Shown here one piece after another: positions 17,992 through 27,499 of a stretch of DNA of 59,883 bases. Numbering within the stretch: position 1 is the first letter of the stretch; each line of letters begins with the position of its first letter. Made by a program: the position numbers and the translations under genes. A model generated the notes under the pieces. It ran no database searches and had not been told where the DNA came from. It saw nothing but the letters and a program-made list of their open reading frames with translations. This DNA comes from Candidatus Bipolaricaulota bacterium (GTDB lineage Bacteria; Bipolaricaulota; Bipolaricaulia; UBA7950; UBA9294), in NCBI GenBank assembly GCA_018817505.1, contig JAHITR010000124.1, positions 1-59,883 of the forward strand, written 5' to 3'.

Positions 17992-19485
17992 GTGACTATG
18001 CCTGTACTGAATCGAATCGGAAAAATAAGAAAGCGCAATCATGCGCTCGTGACCTTTGATCCAGCCAAAATCTTGCGTGCCATCAAGCGCGGAGCTGACT
18101 CCGCAGGCGGATTCGCGCCCGACTATCTTCCTGAGATCAATGAGAAGATCTTCGCTGCCGGCGGAACAGATCACGGGATTGCTGAGTTTCTGGCCGACTT
18201 GGTAGTCCTCTGCCTGAATGCAGACCAGAGGCATCTGGTGACCAACTTCCCGCCTACTGTGGAGGAGATCCAGGATACGGTGCTTCACGTCCTGCGAAGC
18301 AATGGGTTCACGACTGTTGCGGATGCCTACACTTGCTTCCGCTGGGGCCATCATTGGGTACGAGAAGGGGCAATAACCGAGGAGCAGTTCGCACGCAACG
18401 GCTATCCCAAAGAGACGATGGATCCGCTTCTGGCATGGAATCAGCAGCGCGGGTGCGACACGGTTGAAGGCCTCAATAACATCACCCAGTCCGGCAAGAT
18501 CAAGGGCCTCATCGACGAGGCGCTCGACAAGTACGAGTCATCCCTTGACGACGTGGCTTCGCGTCTGCTCGGTCGCATAGAGGCCGGCGACGATATCCGC
18601 ATGATTTGGGTTTCTGGCCCGTCATCGTCTGGCAAGACGACGACGACGGTGAAGGTCACGGAACGACTTCGGAAACATGGTCTGCGGTTTCTTATGCTGA
18701 ATCTGGATGATTACTTCTGGTCCTTGATTGAGCATCCGTCTGATTGGATCGATGACCGCAATTACGAGACTCCCGAAGCGTTGGACATTCAATTGCTGAA
18801 CGAGCATTTGTTGGCTTTGCTTGCTGGTGAAACGATCGAGAAGCCGGTGTACAGCTTTAAGGAAGGGCACCGAATCGGCACTGTGCCTGTGCATCGAGAA
18901 CCAGATCAAATTCTTGTGTTGGATTGCTTGCACGGATTCTATCCGCCGATCTCTGAGGGGATCGATCCGTCGCACATCTTCAGACTTTACATCGAAGCGA
19001 TGAATCCGCTGTTCGAGCCCAATCCGATGATCCCCCTCTATCAGGGAGATTTGGCCGATCGTCGTCTCACGAGATTTGAGGACATAAGGTTGCTGCGAAG
19101 GACTCTCCGGGATAGCAAGCACCGCAACCATCCTCCGCTTGCGACGCTGTTGCATTGGCACTACGTGCGGGCTGGCGAACTGTTCTCCATCATCCCACTG
19201 AAGGGAATGGCTGACGCGATTGTCAATGGGGGGATGCCGTTTGATCTCCCAATCCTCAAGCCATTCTTCACGGGTGAACAGGGGATTTGGCCGAATGAGA
19301 ATGATCTGACACTCTACCCCTCATACCTGGATGCTCGGATACGCCATCGACGTGTGCAGCGGCTCATGAATTCAGTCGTCGGGCTGACTGAAGCCCAGGT
19401 AGCAGACGCGTCGTTCATTCCTGGTGATGCTGTTGTTCGTGAATTTGTCGGAGGAAGCACGATCAAGATCCCTCACAACGACTAG
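17992..19485 (+). CDS. ATP-cone domain fused to a long-form uridine kinase/PRK-family P-loop kinase
   Basis: The N-terminal ATP-cone is IRKRNHALVTFDPAKILRAIKRG...TVEEIQDTVLHVLRSNGFTTVADAYTCFR. The kinase core is IWVSGPSSSGKTTT...LNLDDYF...ETPEALD...VLDCLHG. The C-terminal extension LRRTLRDSKHRNHP...HWHYVRAGE resembles long Udk-like proteins. Confidence 0.75.
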   Translation: MTMPVLNRIGKIRKRNHALVTFDPAKILRAIKRGADSAGGFAPDYLPEINEKIFAAGGTDHGIAEFLADLVVLCLNADQRHLVTNFPPTVEEIQDTVLHVLRSNGFTTVADAYTCFRWGHHWVREGAITEEQFARNGYPKETMDPLLAWNQQRGCDTVEGLNNITQSGKIKGLIDEALDKYESSLDDVASRLLGRIEAGDDIRMIWVSGPSSSGKTTTTVKVTERLRKHGLRFLMLNLDDYFWSLIEHPSDWIDDRNYETPEALDIQLLNEHLLALLAGETIEKPVYSFKEGHRIGTVPVHREPDQILVLDCLHGFYPPISEGIDPSHIFRLYIEAMNPLFEPNPMIPLYQGDLADRRLTRFEDIRLLRRTLRDSKHRNHPPLATLLHWHYVRAGELFSIIPLKGMADAIVNGGMPFDLPILKPFFTGEQGIWPNENDLTLYPSYLDARIRHRRVQRLMNSVVGLTEAQVADASFIPGDAVVREFVGGSTIKIPHND

Positions 19486-19541
19486 TCGTGCGTTGAAAGC
19501 CACGTGTTCTCCACGTACCCTACGTTGTAGGGAGTGACCTC

Positions 19542-20540
19542 ATGCCTGCCAATTTAACCGCGGATTTTATCAAAGCCAGAAACAAGCTGCGTGAAGCCAA
19601 GACGCCAGAAGACAAACTGGCCGCTTTGGAAGAGATGTTGGCCACGATTCCCAAGCACAAGGGAACCGACCACATGCAGGCGGATATTAAGAGGCGCATC
19701 GCGAAAGTTCGCATGGCTTCTGCCGGATCCAAGAAGGGAAAATCAAGTTCCTATGAGCACATTCCCAAGGACGGCGCGGGCCAAGTTGTGTTGGTCGGGC
19801 CTCCCAATTCTGGCAAATCGACGTTGGTTGCTGCGTTAACGAATGCCAAGGCCGAAGTGGCTCCGTACCCCTTCTCGACGATCATTCCTGTTCCTGGGAT
19901 GATGTCCTTTGAGGACATCAACATTCAGCTGATCGACTTGCCTCCGCTGGCGCCTGATTACACGGAATCCTGGGTCTACAGTCTCATCCGAGCGTGTGAT
20001 CTTGTTCTTGTCGTATTCGATGTGTCGGACGGCGAACTGATCCAAGATGAATACGAGGAACTTGTCAGCCAACTAGAAGAAAAAAACATCCACCTGGGCA
20101 GCCATCGCTCGAAGGACAGCGATGACCGGATCAGGCATATCCCAGCCCGGATTTTGCTGACGAAATCTGATCTAGCGGATGGTGAGTCCATTCGGCAGGC
20201 CAGAGAATGGCTGCCACTCCCTGCGCTATCCATCTCAGGGCTAACCGGAGCAGGGCTGGAAGAGATGAAGAAAGTCATATTCGATGCATTGGATGTCGTG
20301 CGTGTCTACACGAAGTTGCCAGGCAAGAAGCCAGATATGACGGAGCCCTATGCATTGCCCGTCGGCAGCCAGGCCATCGACGCAGTGAAGGCAGTCCATC
20401 GAGAGTTTTCCGATCGATTGAAGTACGTACGTATTTGGGGGTCTGGACGATTCGATGGCCAGCAAGTGCCCAGCGAGCACGTGCTCGAGGACGGAGACAT
20501 CATCGAGATCCATCTTCGCAAGCTAGCGACCAACCCCTGA
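19542..20540 (+). CDS. OBG-HflX-like GTPase of the DRG/Rbg type with C-terminal TGS domain
   Basis: A DRG-like N-terminal helix is present (IPKHKGTDHMQADIKRRIAKV). The G1 motif is LVGPPNSGKST, followed by PYPFSTI, DLPP and TKSD. A TGS-like C-terminus (VRVYTK...GDIIEIH) follows. Confidence 0.8.
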   Translation: MPANLTADFIKARNKLREAKTPEDKLAALEEMLATIPKHKGTDHMQADIKRRIAKVRMASAGSKKGKSSSYEHIPKDGAGQVVLVGPPNSGKSTLVAALTNAKAEVAPYPFSTIIPVPGMMSFEDINIQLIDLPPLAPDYTESWVYSLIRACDLVLVVFDVSDGELIQDEYEELVSQLEEKNIHLGSHRSKDSDDRIRHIPARILLTKSDLADGESIRQAREWLPLPALSISGLTGAGLEEMKKVIFDALDVVRVYTKLPGKKPDMTEPYALPVGSQAIDAVKAVHREFSDRLKYVRIWGSGRFDGQQVPSEHVLEDGDIIEIHLRKLATNP

Positions 20541-20548
20541 GCGAGTGG

Positions 20549-21427
20549 TCACTCGATGCGTTCGGACGGCAGACTCAGAATTGCGCCGCGCACACACATG
20601 CCAACCATGCGTCGCTCGGTTTCCGACAAGCGCTCATACTGCGGTCGCGCGACGATGTGTTGAACCACATCCTCCGGTTGCAGAGATGCGGCGAGCGTTT
20701 GGATTTCCTCAAACCACGCTTTCAACCTGACTTCGTATCGTTGAAGCTGGCCGAGCGCATCTGTGGTCAGGCCGAAGTGCGTGAACGCCAGACAATCTGG
20801 AGCCAGCCTGTTGAGCGTTTGCAACGTTTCAAGGCCGCGAGCCAAGCTGAAATGCGGGGGGACGGTGAGCGGGACATCGACGGCGCTGTTCCAATTGCCG
20901 ACGGCATCCCCTGTGAACAGCGTGCGGTCTCTATGTTCGTAGTAGCAGACGTGATGCGGGGCATGTCCTGGTGAGGCGATCACTTCCAGGCGAATATCGA
21001 GACCCAATTCAAAGATCTCTCCTCCTGAAACCGCGATGAGCTGACGGTCGGGAACTGGCAGCGGCGAACCATAAAGACGATACATGTCCGGCGCGGCCGA
21101 GCGTACCCCTTCTACCAGTTGGCGGGGATCTGCGAGGTGTCGAGCTCCGCGTTCATGAACGACAATCCGGGCGTCTGGAAAGGCACGAGCGAGATACCCT
21201 GCCCCACCGGCATGATCCAGATGAATGTGGGTCAGGAAGATGAAGCGAGGGCGGATTGAACCCCCTCGTTGGCCTCCACGGTGGAGCACATCGAGAATCC
21301 TGGGCACAGATGACGCGGTTCCTGATTCGAGCAGGGCTGGGCAAGATCCCTTCACAAGATAGACGGCACCGGTCTGCGGTAGGCCGAATTGCAGGGTGTC
21401 AATCGTCGTAATGATTTGCGAAGACAT
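20549..21427 (-). CDS. MBL-fold metallo-hydrolase
   Basis: The motifs LTHIHLDHAGGAG, SPGHAPHH and FTGDAVG are present. Confidence 0.85.
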   Translation of the reverse strand: MSSQIITTIDTLQFGLPQTGAVYLVKGSCPALLESGTASSVPRILDVLHRGGQRGGSIRPRFIFLTHIHLDHAGGAGYLARAFPDARIVVHERGARHLADPRQLVEGVRSAAPDMYRLYGSPLPVPDRQLIAVSGGEIFELGLDIRLEVIASPGHAPHHVCYYEHRDRTLFTGDAVGNWNSAVDVPLTVPPHFSLARGLETLQTLNRLAPDCLAFTHFGLTTDALGQLQRYEVRLKAWFEEIQTLAASLQPEDVVQHIVARPQYERLSETERRMVGMCVRGAILSLPSERIE

Positions 21428-21448
21428 CTCCCTCCAGAGACCGGGTGG

Positions 21449-22753
21449 CTAAAAGAGACCGAATCGAATGGCAACCATCAAGGCGACCGTCGCCAAAACA
21501 CATGTCGCAAGGGCAATTCCGGTCGCGGTCGACACCCATCTGCGCAGCGTCAGCTTGTCGCCCATGGATTCAGAGAGACTGATGACGACCACATTTGCGG
21601 CGGATCCCAGCGGGGATAAGTTGGCCCCGAAACCTACGCCCATGGCCAATGCCCACCAGAGAGGCGCTACGTCAATCCCCTGCGTAGACAGACTTTTCAG
21701 GATGGGCAGCATGGCGATGGTGAACGGGACATTGCTGATCACGCCAGAAGCCAATGCGCTAAGCCACAGCACAACGACGGCAGCGAGCATCGTACTCTGC
21801 CGAGAGAGCGAAGCAATGTTGCCGCCCAGCGAATCGATGACTCCAGAGGCTTCCAATCCTCCCACAATAATGAACAGGGCAATGAAGAACAGCAGAACAT
21901 CCCAGTGAATGTCTTGAAGGATCTTGTCGAAATCTGGGTGCACCCACAACAGCCCCATACACGCGCCAATGAGCGCAACCAAACCAGGCTCCAGTCCGAT
22001 GAGCTCGTGGACGAAAAACAGAAGGATCGTTGCCCCGAGGGTGACCAACATCCGTTGCGTGGTCACGGGATCGACGATGGCGCGCTTTTCGTCCAATCCC
22101 ATCAGGCTCTCCACATTCGATGGCTCTTTCGCCAAGTCTCTCCTAAACATCAGCAGAAGGAGACCTTGAGCGAGAAGCCATGTCAGAAGAACGATCGGAG
22201 CCAGGTGGGTGAGAAAATCCAGAAAGCCAAATCCGGCCGCAGATCCGATGAGGATATTGGGAGGATCGCCAATCAGCGTCGACACGCCTCCGATGTTAGA
22301 CAGCAGCACCTCAGACATCAGAAAGGGGAATGGTGAGATGCCAAGAATGTCGGCCAGCGATACGGTAACGGGAACGATGATAATGATGGTGGTGACATTG
22401 TCGAGCACCATCGATATCAAGGACGTAACCAATCCCAGATAGACGAAGAGAACCCAGGGACGTCCCTTGGCTAGTTTGGCTGCGCGAATGGCCAGGTACT
22501 GAAAGAATCCTGTTTCCTTAAATAGTCCAACAATCAGCATCATGCCAAGCAACAGCATGATCGTGTCAAAATCGATGGCTTGAACCGCCTCATGCGCATC
22601 GTAGAACGATAGCCACGTTCCGACCGCAATCATCACGACTGCACCTGAAATGGCCACAATCGCTCGATTCACACGATCGATCAGGATCCCCACATAGGTA
22701 ATCAAAAACGCGAGAATTGAAGTAATAAACGGACCCAATGCCGCGTCTCTCAT
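21449..22753 (-). CDS. ArsB/NhaD-superfamily (CitMHS/SLC13-like) anion permease
   Basis: 434 aa, polytopic and hydrophobic throughout. Repeated SNIGG/SNVPF-type hairpin motifs (LLSNIGGVSTLIGDPPN, VISNVPF) are typical of this ion-transporter superfamily. Confidence 0.75.
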   Translation of the reverse strand: MRDAALGPFITSILAFLITYVGILIDRVNRAIVAISGAVVMIAVGTWLSFYDAHEAVQAIDFDTIMLLLGMMLIVGLFKETGFFQYLAIRAAKLAKGRPWVLFVYLGLVTSLISMVLDNVTTIIIIVPVTVSLADILGISPFPFLMSEVLLSNIGGVSTLIGDPPNILIGSAAGFGFLDFLTHLAPIVLLTWLLAQGLLLLMFRRDLAKEPSNVESLMGLDEKRAIVDPVTTQRMLVTLGATILLFFVHELIGLEPGLVALIGACMGLLWVHPDFDKILQDIHWDVLLFFIALFIIVGGLEASGVIDSLGGNIASLSRQSTMLAAVVVLWLSALASGVISNVPFTIAMLPILKSLSTQGIDVAPLWWALAMGVGFGANLSPLGSAANVVVISLSESMGDKLTLRRWVSTATGIALATCVLATVALMVAIRFGLF

Positions 22754-22785
22754 GTGGCGATCATCTCGGTTCTGAAAAGTCTACG

Positions 22786-22814
22786 ATCCTAACGGCAATT
22801 GCTTGAGGGGTCAA
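22786..22814 (-). promoter_or_regulatory. Candidate promoter for the permease gene (TTGACC-N17-TAGGAT on minus strand)
   Basis: The plus-strand ATCCTA at 22786-22791 and GGTCAA at 22809-22814 are separated by a 17-nt spacer. The element lies about 30 nt upstream of the start codon at 22753. Confidence 0.4.
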
Positions 22815-23200
22815 TGCACCGTGGAGCGCGACGGTCTGCCTGCAGCCGAGCATCGCTGGGAAAGGAGGAGCGGGAGAATCGCTTCCCCCGCTCGCATCCT
22901 CGCTAAAGGAGGTTCTTCTGGGACCGCTTGACACCCCTCATCTCGGAGTGAGCGCATCCCACATCGTAGAGAGCAGGGTGAGGTGTGAAGGAAGAGATCG
23001 TGAGAACTCTATTGATCCTTCGGCAGTTCGGCTACCATGGGAGCATTTCCTGTAGGCCCGCAACTTTGCGTCCTATTCTTTCGAATAGTTTGCCCTTATC
23101 TGGCTCAATACGGCTTAAGTATACGTGAGAATGACATTCAGCCGCAATGCCTGCAGACGCATCAGGTTGATCGTTGGGACAGATTCAGGAGAATGAGGTC

Positions 23201-26200
23201 ATGTCCGCTGATGTGCTTCGCCTTTTCCAGCCGGCCGTGTCGCGATGGTTCACTGAAACGTTTGCTGAACCCACGCCCCCACAAGTACTTGGCTGGCCGC
23301 ACATTGCTGCAGGGGAGAATACGCTCATTCTCTCACCCACGGGATCAGGTAAAACATTGGCGGCGTTTCTCTGTGCCATTGACTCAGTGATTCGGTCAGA
23401 ATGGGACAATGGGGGCTCGGCAGGCGTGCATACGCTTTATCTATCGCCGCTCAAGGCGTTGGCGAATGACATCGAGCGCAACCTGAAGCTGCCGCTGCAA
23501 GGCATTCGAGCTTGTGCCCAGCAGTTGGGCAAGCCAATCCCAGAGATTCGCGTGGGCATCCGCACTGGCGATACGACCGCGAAAGAACGGCAGCAGATGG
23601 TGCGGAACCCCCCCCACTTGCTGGTCACGACTCCAGAATCGCTGAATCTCTTGCTGACGTCGCCCAAAGCAAGAGACATTCTACGAACGGTCCGCTATGT
23701 GATTGTGGACGAGATCCATGCGCTTTGTCCCGACAAACGAGGTACGTTCCTTTCTTTGCTGCTTGAACGATTGGAGGCGCTGACTGCACATTCCCCGATA
23801 CGAATCGGGCTGTCAGCGACCCAACGTCCACTGTCTGAGATCGCTCGATTCTTGGGGGGGCAGGATCAAGATGGCCTGCCACGCCCTGTATCCATTGTGG
23901 ATGCGGGCATGCGAAAGTCGATTGACTTGGAAGTACAGGTTCCTGTTGAAGACATGAAGATCCTCCCGCAGCAGGACGGCCAATCGCCTAGCGTTTGGCC
24001 GGCAATCTACGATCGATTGGTTGAGTTGGTCGATGAGCACGAATCCACGCTGATATTTGCCAATAGCCGACGAGTCGTCGAGCGGATTGCATCTGAGATG
24101 AATCGCAGGTTTGGATACGAAAGGGTTCAGGCGCATCACGGCAGCGTATCCAAAGAGCGGCGGCATCAGATTGAGCAGGACCTGAAGGCAGGGCGCTTGC
24201 CAGCCTTGGTGGCCACAAGTTCGATGGAATTGGGGATTGACGTAGGATTCATTGATTTGGTATGCCAAGTCGAGTCTCCCTTCTCAGTGGCCAGCGGGCT
24301 TCAGCGAATCGGACGAGCTGGACATCTTGTACGCGCGACATCCAAGGGCCGCGTCATTCCCAAAACGCGCAGCGACTTGCTCATGTCGGCGGCCGTCGCT
24401 CGATCCATGTTGCGCGGTGACATTTCGAGTGTGTCTATTCCGCGCAATCCCCTGGATGTCCTTGCTCAGCAAATCGTGGCCATGGTTGCAGTCGATGAAT
24501 GGGACGTCGACACGCTTTACGACCACATTCGATGTGCCTACCCGTACAGCGAACTGCCCGTCGAGGCTTTCCGTGCCGTGCTCGAGCTGATTTCTGGGCG
24601 ATTTGGCACAGCGCATTTGCCTGTCTTGCGCCCGCGCATATCGTGGGATCGTGTCAACAATCGACTCCTTTCGCTTCCAGGCACACGCAATCTTGCCATA
24701 TTGAACGGTGGCGTCATTCCGGATTCCGGGCAGTACGCCATGGTGATGGAGGATGGAAAGACGCGGCTGGGGGAATTGGATGAGGAGTTCGTTTTTGAAC
24801 GCAGGCTCGGCGACACATTCGTATTGGGGACTGGCCAATGGCGCGTACTGCAGATCACGCATGATCGAGTTATCGTCGCTCCCTGCGATGAATCGGAAGC
24901 GATGATGCCGTTCTGGAAGGGCGAAGGGCTTGGACATGACTGCGAGTTTGGACATCGCTTCGGCGAATTCATCCGCTCCTGTGAATCTCGACTCGACGAT
25001 CCGACGCTGGCCGAGTGGCTTCGGCAGGAGTGCGCATTGGATGCGAATTCAGCAACAAATCTGATCCTGTTTCTCCGGGAGCAACACCAGCGCGGCGGGG
25101 CGTTGCCGACGGATCGCAGAATCCTTATCGACGTCTTTCGTAATGAAGCAGGTGACGAACGTCTGGCCTTGATGTCCTGCTTTGGCAGATCCTTCCATAT
25201 GGCACTGTTGCTGCAGTTGCAGCGTGCGCTACGAGAGATGGGGTTTGAACCACCCGAAGTCGTGTATTCCAATGCCGGCCTATTATTTAGGCTGGGCTCC
25301 CTATCTGTGGACACAATGATGAAAGCGCTTCGATCGCTTCGCGCTGAGACGGTCGAAGACGATATCACGCAGGAACTTGAGAACTCGCCATATTTCGCCT
25401 TGCGATTCAGACGAAATGCAGGGCGAGCTTTGTTGTTGCCGCGGGCTCGGCCCGGACGACGAACGCCTCTGTGGCTTCAACGATTGCGCGCGCATGATCT
25501 GCTTTCGTTCGCGAGCGAACAACCGCGCTTCCCGATCGTATTGGAGACCTATCGCGAATTGCTGGAAGACGTGCTTCCTCTGCCTGGCCTAAGACTGTTC
25601 TTGCAGAAGGTGGAGTCCGGTGAAGCCGAATTGCTGCTGCGGAAGGATCGCCATCCGTCTCCGTTGGCACAAACGATGCTGCTCGACTTCACAGCGACCT
25701 ATCTGTATCTGGAAGACCGACCCGTTGGGCGCGGGCGGTCGGCCGCCGAATTGCAGGATGATCTGGGCACGTTGTTGGGGAATTGCGTGCGGGCTGAAAC
25801 CACTCTCGACGATGACGTCGTGGCAACGATTGAGGAGCGGCTTCAGGGAACGGCACCGTTTCACCAAGCACGCAATGGGGCGGAGATGGTTGAGTTGTTG
25901 CGGAGAATTGGTGATCTGACGGAGTCCGAACTGCGCCAAAGATGCAGCCTCCACGTGCAGGACGCTCTGTCGGATCTGCTCGCGGATGGACGAGTCGTTC
26001 GAATCCGCATTCCTGAGGCCGGCAACCCCGACCGTCTGGCTGCTGGTGAGGAAGTCGATAGGTATCATCGGATGTCATCAACCGATCTTCACTTCTTGGT
26101 CGCTCGCTACGTCGCTCATCATGCTTTGTCTACGCGAGAGAGCATTCTCAGTCGCTTTCCCGCGGCAAAGGATGGTCTCGACCGCATTCGACAGACCGAA

Positions 26201-27490
26201 GGATGGATCGATGTGGAAATGAAGAGCGGAGCGACGGGGTGGTCTCATCCGCAAGTATTGGCATCCATTCGGCGAATGACGATGAGCCATCGACGGCGTC
26301 TGATTGAGTCCGTCTCACCGCAAACCTATGCCAGATTCGTGCTGTCCATCCAGCGAGTAGCCCCTCAGACCACCGGCGAGCGCCTGGACGACGTGATGGG
26401 ACAGCTATCAGGATGCCGTTTACCCGTTCCCGTGTGGCTGGATGTATTGTCGAGTCGCGTGCTCGGCTTTCAACCAGAGCAGCTGGATGAGCGGGTTCGA
26501 GAGGGTGCACTGACCTGGTCAGGCGGTTTGTCTCAAAGAAACCAACGGCTGCTTTCGTTTCGATCGCCTGACACATGTTCGCACGATTCTTTACGCTGCC
26601 CCGAAAGCCAACTGAAGGGGGATGAGCACAAGATTGTCGCGTATTTGGAGGACCACGGAGCGAGCTTCTTGCATCAGCTGGCATCCGGTTTGAACGAATC
26701 CCCATCGACGATGGGGACACTGTTATGGGATCTCATCTGGGAGGGCTGGGTCACCAACGATTCACTCGATCCAGTTTGGGGAGACAAGCCTCAACCTCAA
26801 CGATGGCAGGGTCGTCGCCGACAATCGGTATGGGGAAAAGGTCGATGGTCCCTGGTTCCGACTGCCGATGCTCCGTCTGAGGCAGACAAGCGGAGGATGT
26901 TGCACCATCTTCTGAATCAAACCGGGGTGCTCAGTCGGGAGATTGTCGACCGTGCGAACATTGGGTTGTGTTGGCGAGATGCCTATCCGTTGCTCACGCG
27001 CATGGAGTGGGCGGGCGAGGTGGATCGAGCCATGTTTGTCTCCGGGATGTCTGGACCCCAATTTGCCTATGCGGGCACTGCTCAGTTGCTGGCGAGCAGC
27101 CCCCGAGACAATCATGTTGTGCTTCTCAGTGTGAATGATCCGGCCAATGTATTCGGGGATTTGTTCCCGATCTTGCTTCCTGATGGGGTCCGACATATTA
27201 TTCGCCATCACTTGGGGAACTACGTTGTCTTGGAGAATGGACATCCCCTTCTCGCCGTCGAAAATCGAGGCGAACGACTGATTCCACTGAGCGATTTGAC
27301 CCCATTGCAGCGAGCCAATGCCTTTCAAACGCTGAAACAGCTGGTTGAGGGTCGACACCAGCCATCCTCCTTGAGGGTAATGACGTGGGATGGTCGGCCC
27401 GTTGTCGACTCGCCGATTGTCAGTGAATTGACTGCATTGGGATTTGTACGCGAAGGTACTGGGATGATTCTGTATCGGACGTTTGGCTAG
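23201..27490 (+). CDS. lhr: Lhr-family ATP-dependent helicase, long form (superfamily 2, DEAD/DEAH box)
   Basis: Motifs: TLILSPTGSGKT (I), VIVDEIHAL (II), SAT (III), helicase-C HHGSVSKERR...ATSSMELGIDVG...QRIGRAGH, and the DEAD-assoc region. The long C-terminal extension gives about 1430 aa. The ATG at 23201 is preceded by AGGAGA. Confidence 0.92.
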   Translation: MSADVLRLFQPAVSRWFTETFAEPTPPQVLGWPHIAAGENTLILSPTGSGKTLAAFLCAIDSVIRSEWDNGGSAGVHTLYLSPLKALANDIERNLKLPLQGIRACAQQLGKPIPEIRVGIRTGDTTAKERQQMVRNPPHLLVTTPESLNLLLTSPKARDILRTVRYVIVDEIHALCPDKRGTFLSLLLERLEALTAHSPIRIGLSATQRPLSEIARFLGGQDQDGLPRPVSIVDAGMRKSIDLEVQVPVEDMKILPQQDGQSPSVWPAIYDRLVELVDEHESTLIFANSRRVVERIASEMNRRFGYERVQAHHGSVSKERRHQIEQDLKAGRLPALVATSSMELGIDVGFIDLVCQVESPFSVASGLQRIGRAGHLVRATSKGRVIPKTRSDLLMSAAVARSMLRGDISSVSIPRNPLDVLAQQIVAMVAVDEWDVDTLYDHIRCAYPYSELPVEAFRAVLELISGRFGTAHLPVLRPRISWDRVNNRLLSLPGTRNLAILNGGVIPDSGQYAMVMEDGKTRLGELDEEFVFERRLGDTFVLGTGQWRVLQITHDRVIVAPCDESEAMMPFWKGEGLGHDCEFGHRFGEFIRSCESRLDDPTLAEWLRQECALDANSATNLILFLREQHQRGGALPTDRRILIDVFRNEAGDERLALMSCFGRSFHMALLLQLQRALREMGFEPPEVVYSNAGLLFRLGSLSVDTMMKALRSLRAETVEDDITQELENSPYFALRFRRNAGRALLLPRARPGRRTPLWLQRLRAHDLLSFASEQPRFPIVLETYRELLEDVLPLPGLRLFLQKVESGEAELLLRKDRHPSPLAQTMLLDFTATYLYLEDRPVGRGRSAAELQDDLGTLLGNCVRAETTLDDDVVATIEERLQGTAPFHQARNGAEMVELLRRIGDLTESELRQRCSLHVQDALSDLLADGRVVRIRIPEAGNPDRLAAGEEVDRYHRMSSTDLHFLVARYVAHHALSTRESILSRFPAAKDGLDRIRQTEGWIDVEMKSGATGWSHPQVLASIRRMTMSHRRRLIESVSPQTYARFVLSIQRVAPQTTGERLDDVMGQLSGCRLPVPVWLDVLSSRVLGFQPEQLDERVREGALTWSGGLSQRNQRLLSFRSPDTCSHDSLRCPESQLKGDEHKIVAYLEDHGASFLHQLASGLNESPSTMGTLLWDLIWEGWVTNDSLDPVWGDKPQPQRWQGRRRQSVWGKGRWSLVPTADAPSEADKRRMLHHLLNQTGVLSREIVDRANIGLCWRDAYPLLTRMEWAGEVDRAMFVSGMSGPQFAYAGTAQLLASSPRDNHVVLLSVNDPANVFGDLFPILLPDGVRHIIRHHLGNYVVLENGHPLLAVENRGERLIPLSDLTPLQRANAFQTLKQLVEGRHQPSSLRVMTWDGRPVVDSPIVSELTALGFVREGTGMILYRTFG

Positions 27491-27499
27491 GAGATTGAG

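Noticed and set aside
23037-23390. There is a 117-aa ORF in the lhr upstream region, and a GAGCGGG/CCCGCTC hairpin at 22869-22894.
   Set aside because: The ORF overlaps the real lhr start in another frame and has no RBS. The hairpin is short (7 bp), has no U-tract, and lies between divergent promoters. I could not tie it to any known leader motif.
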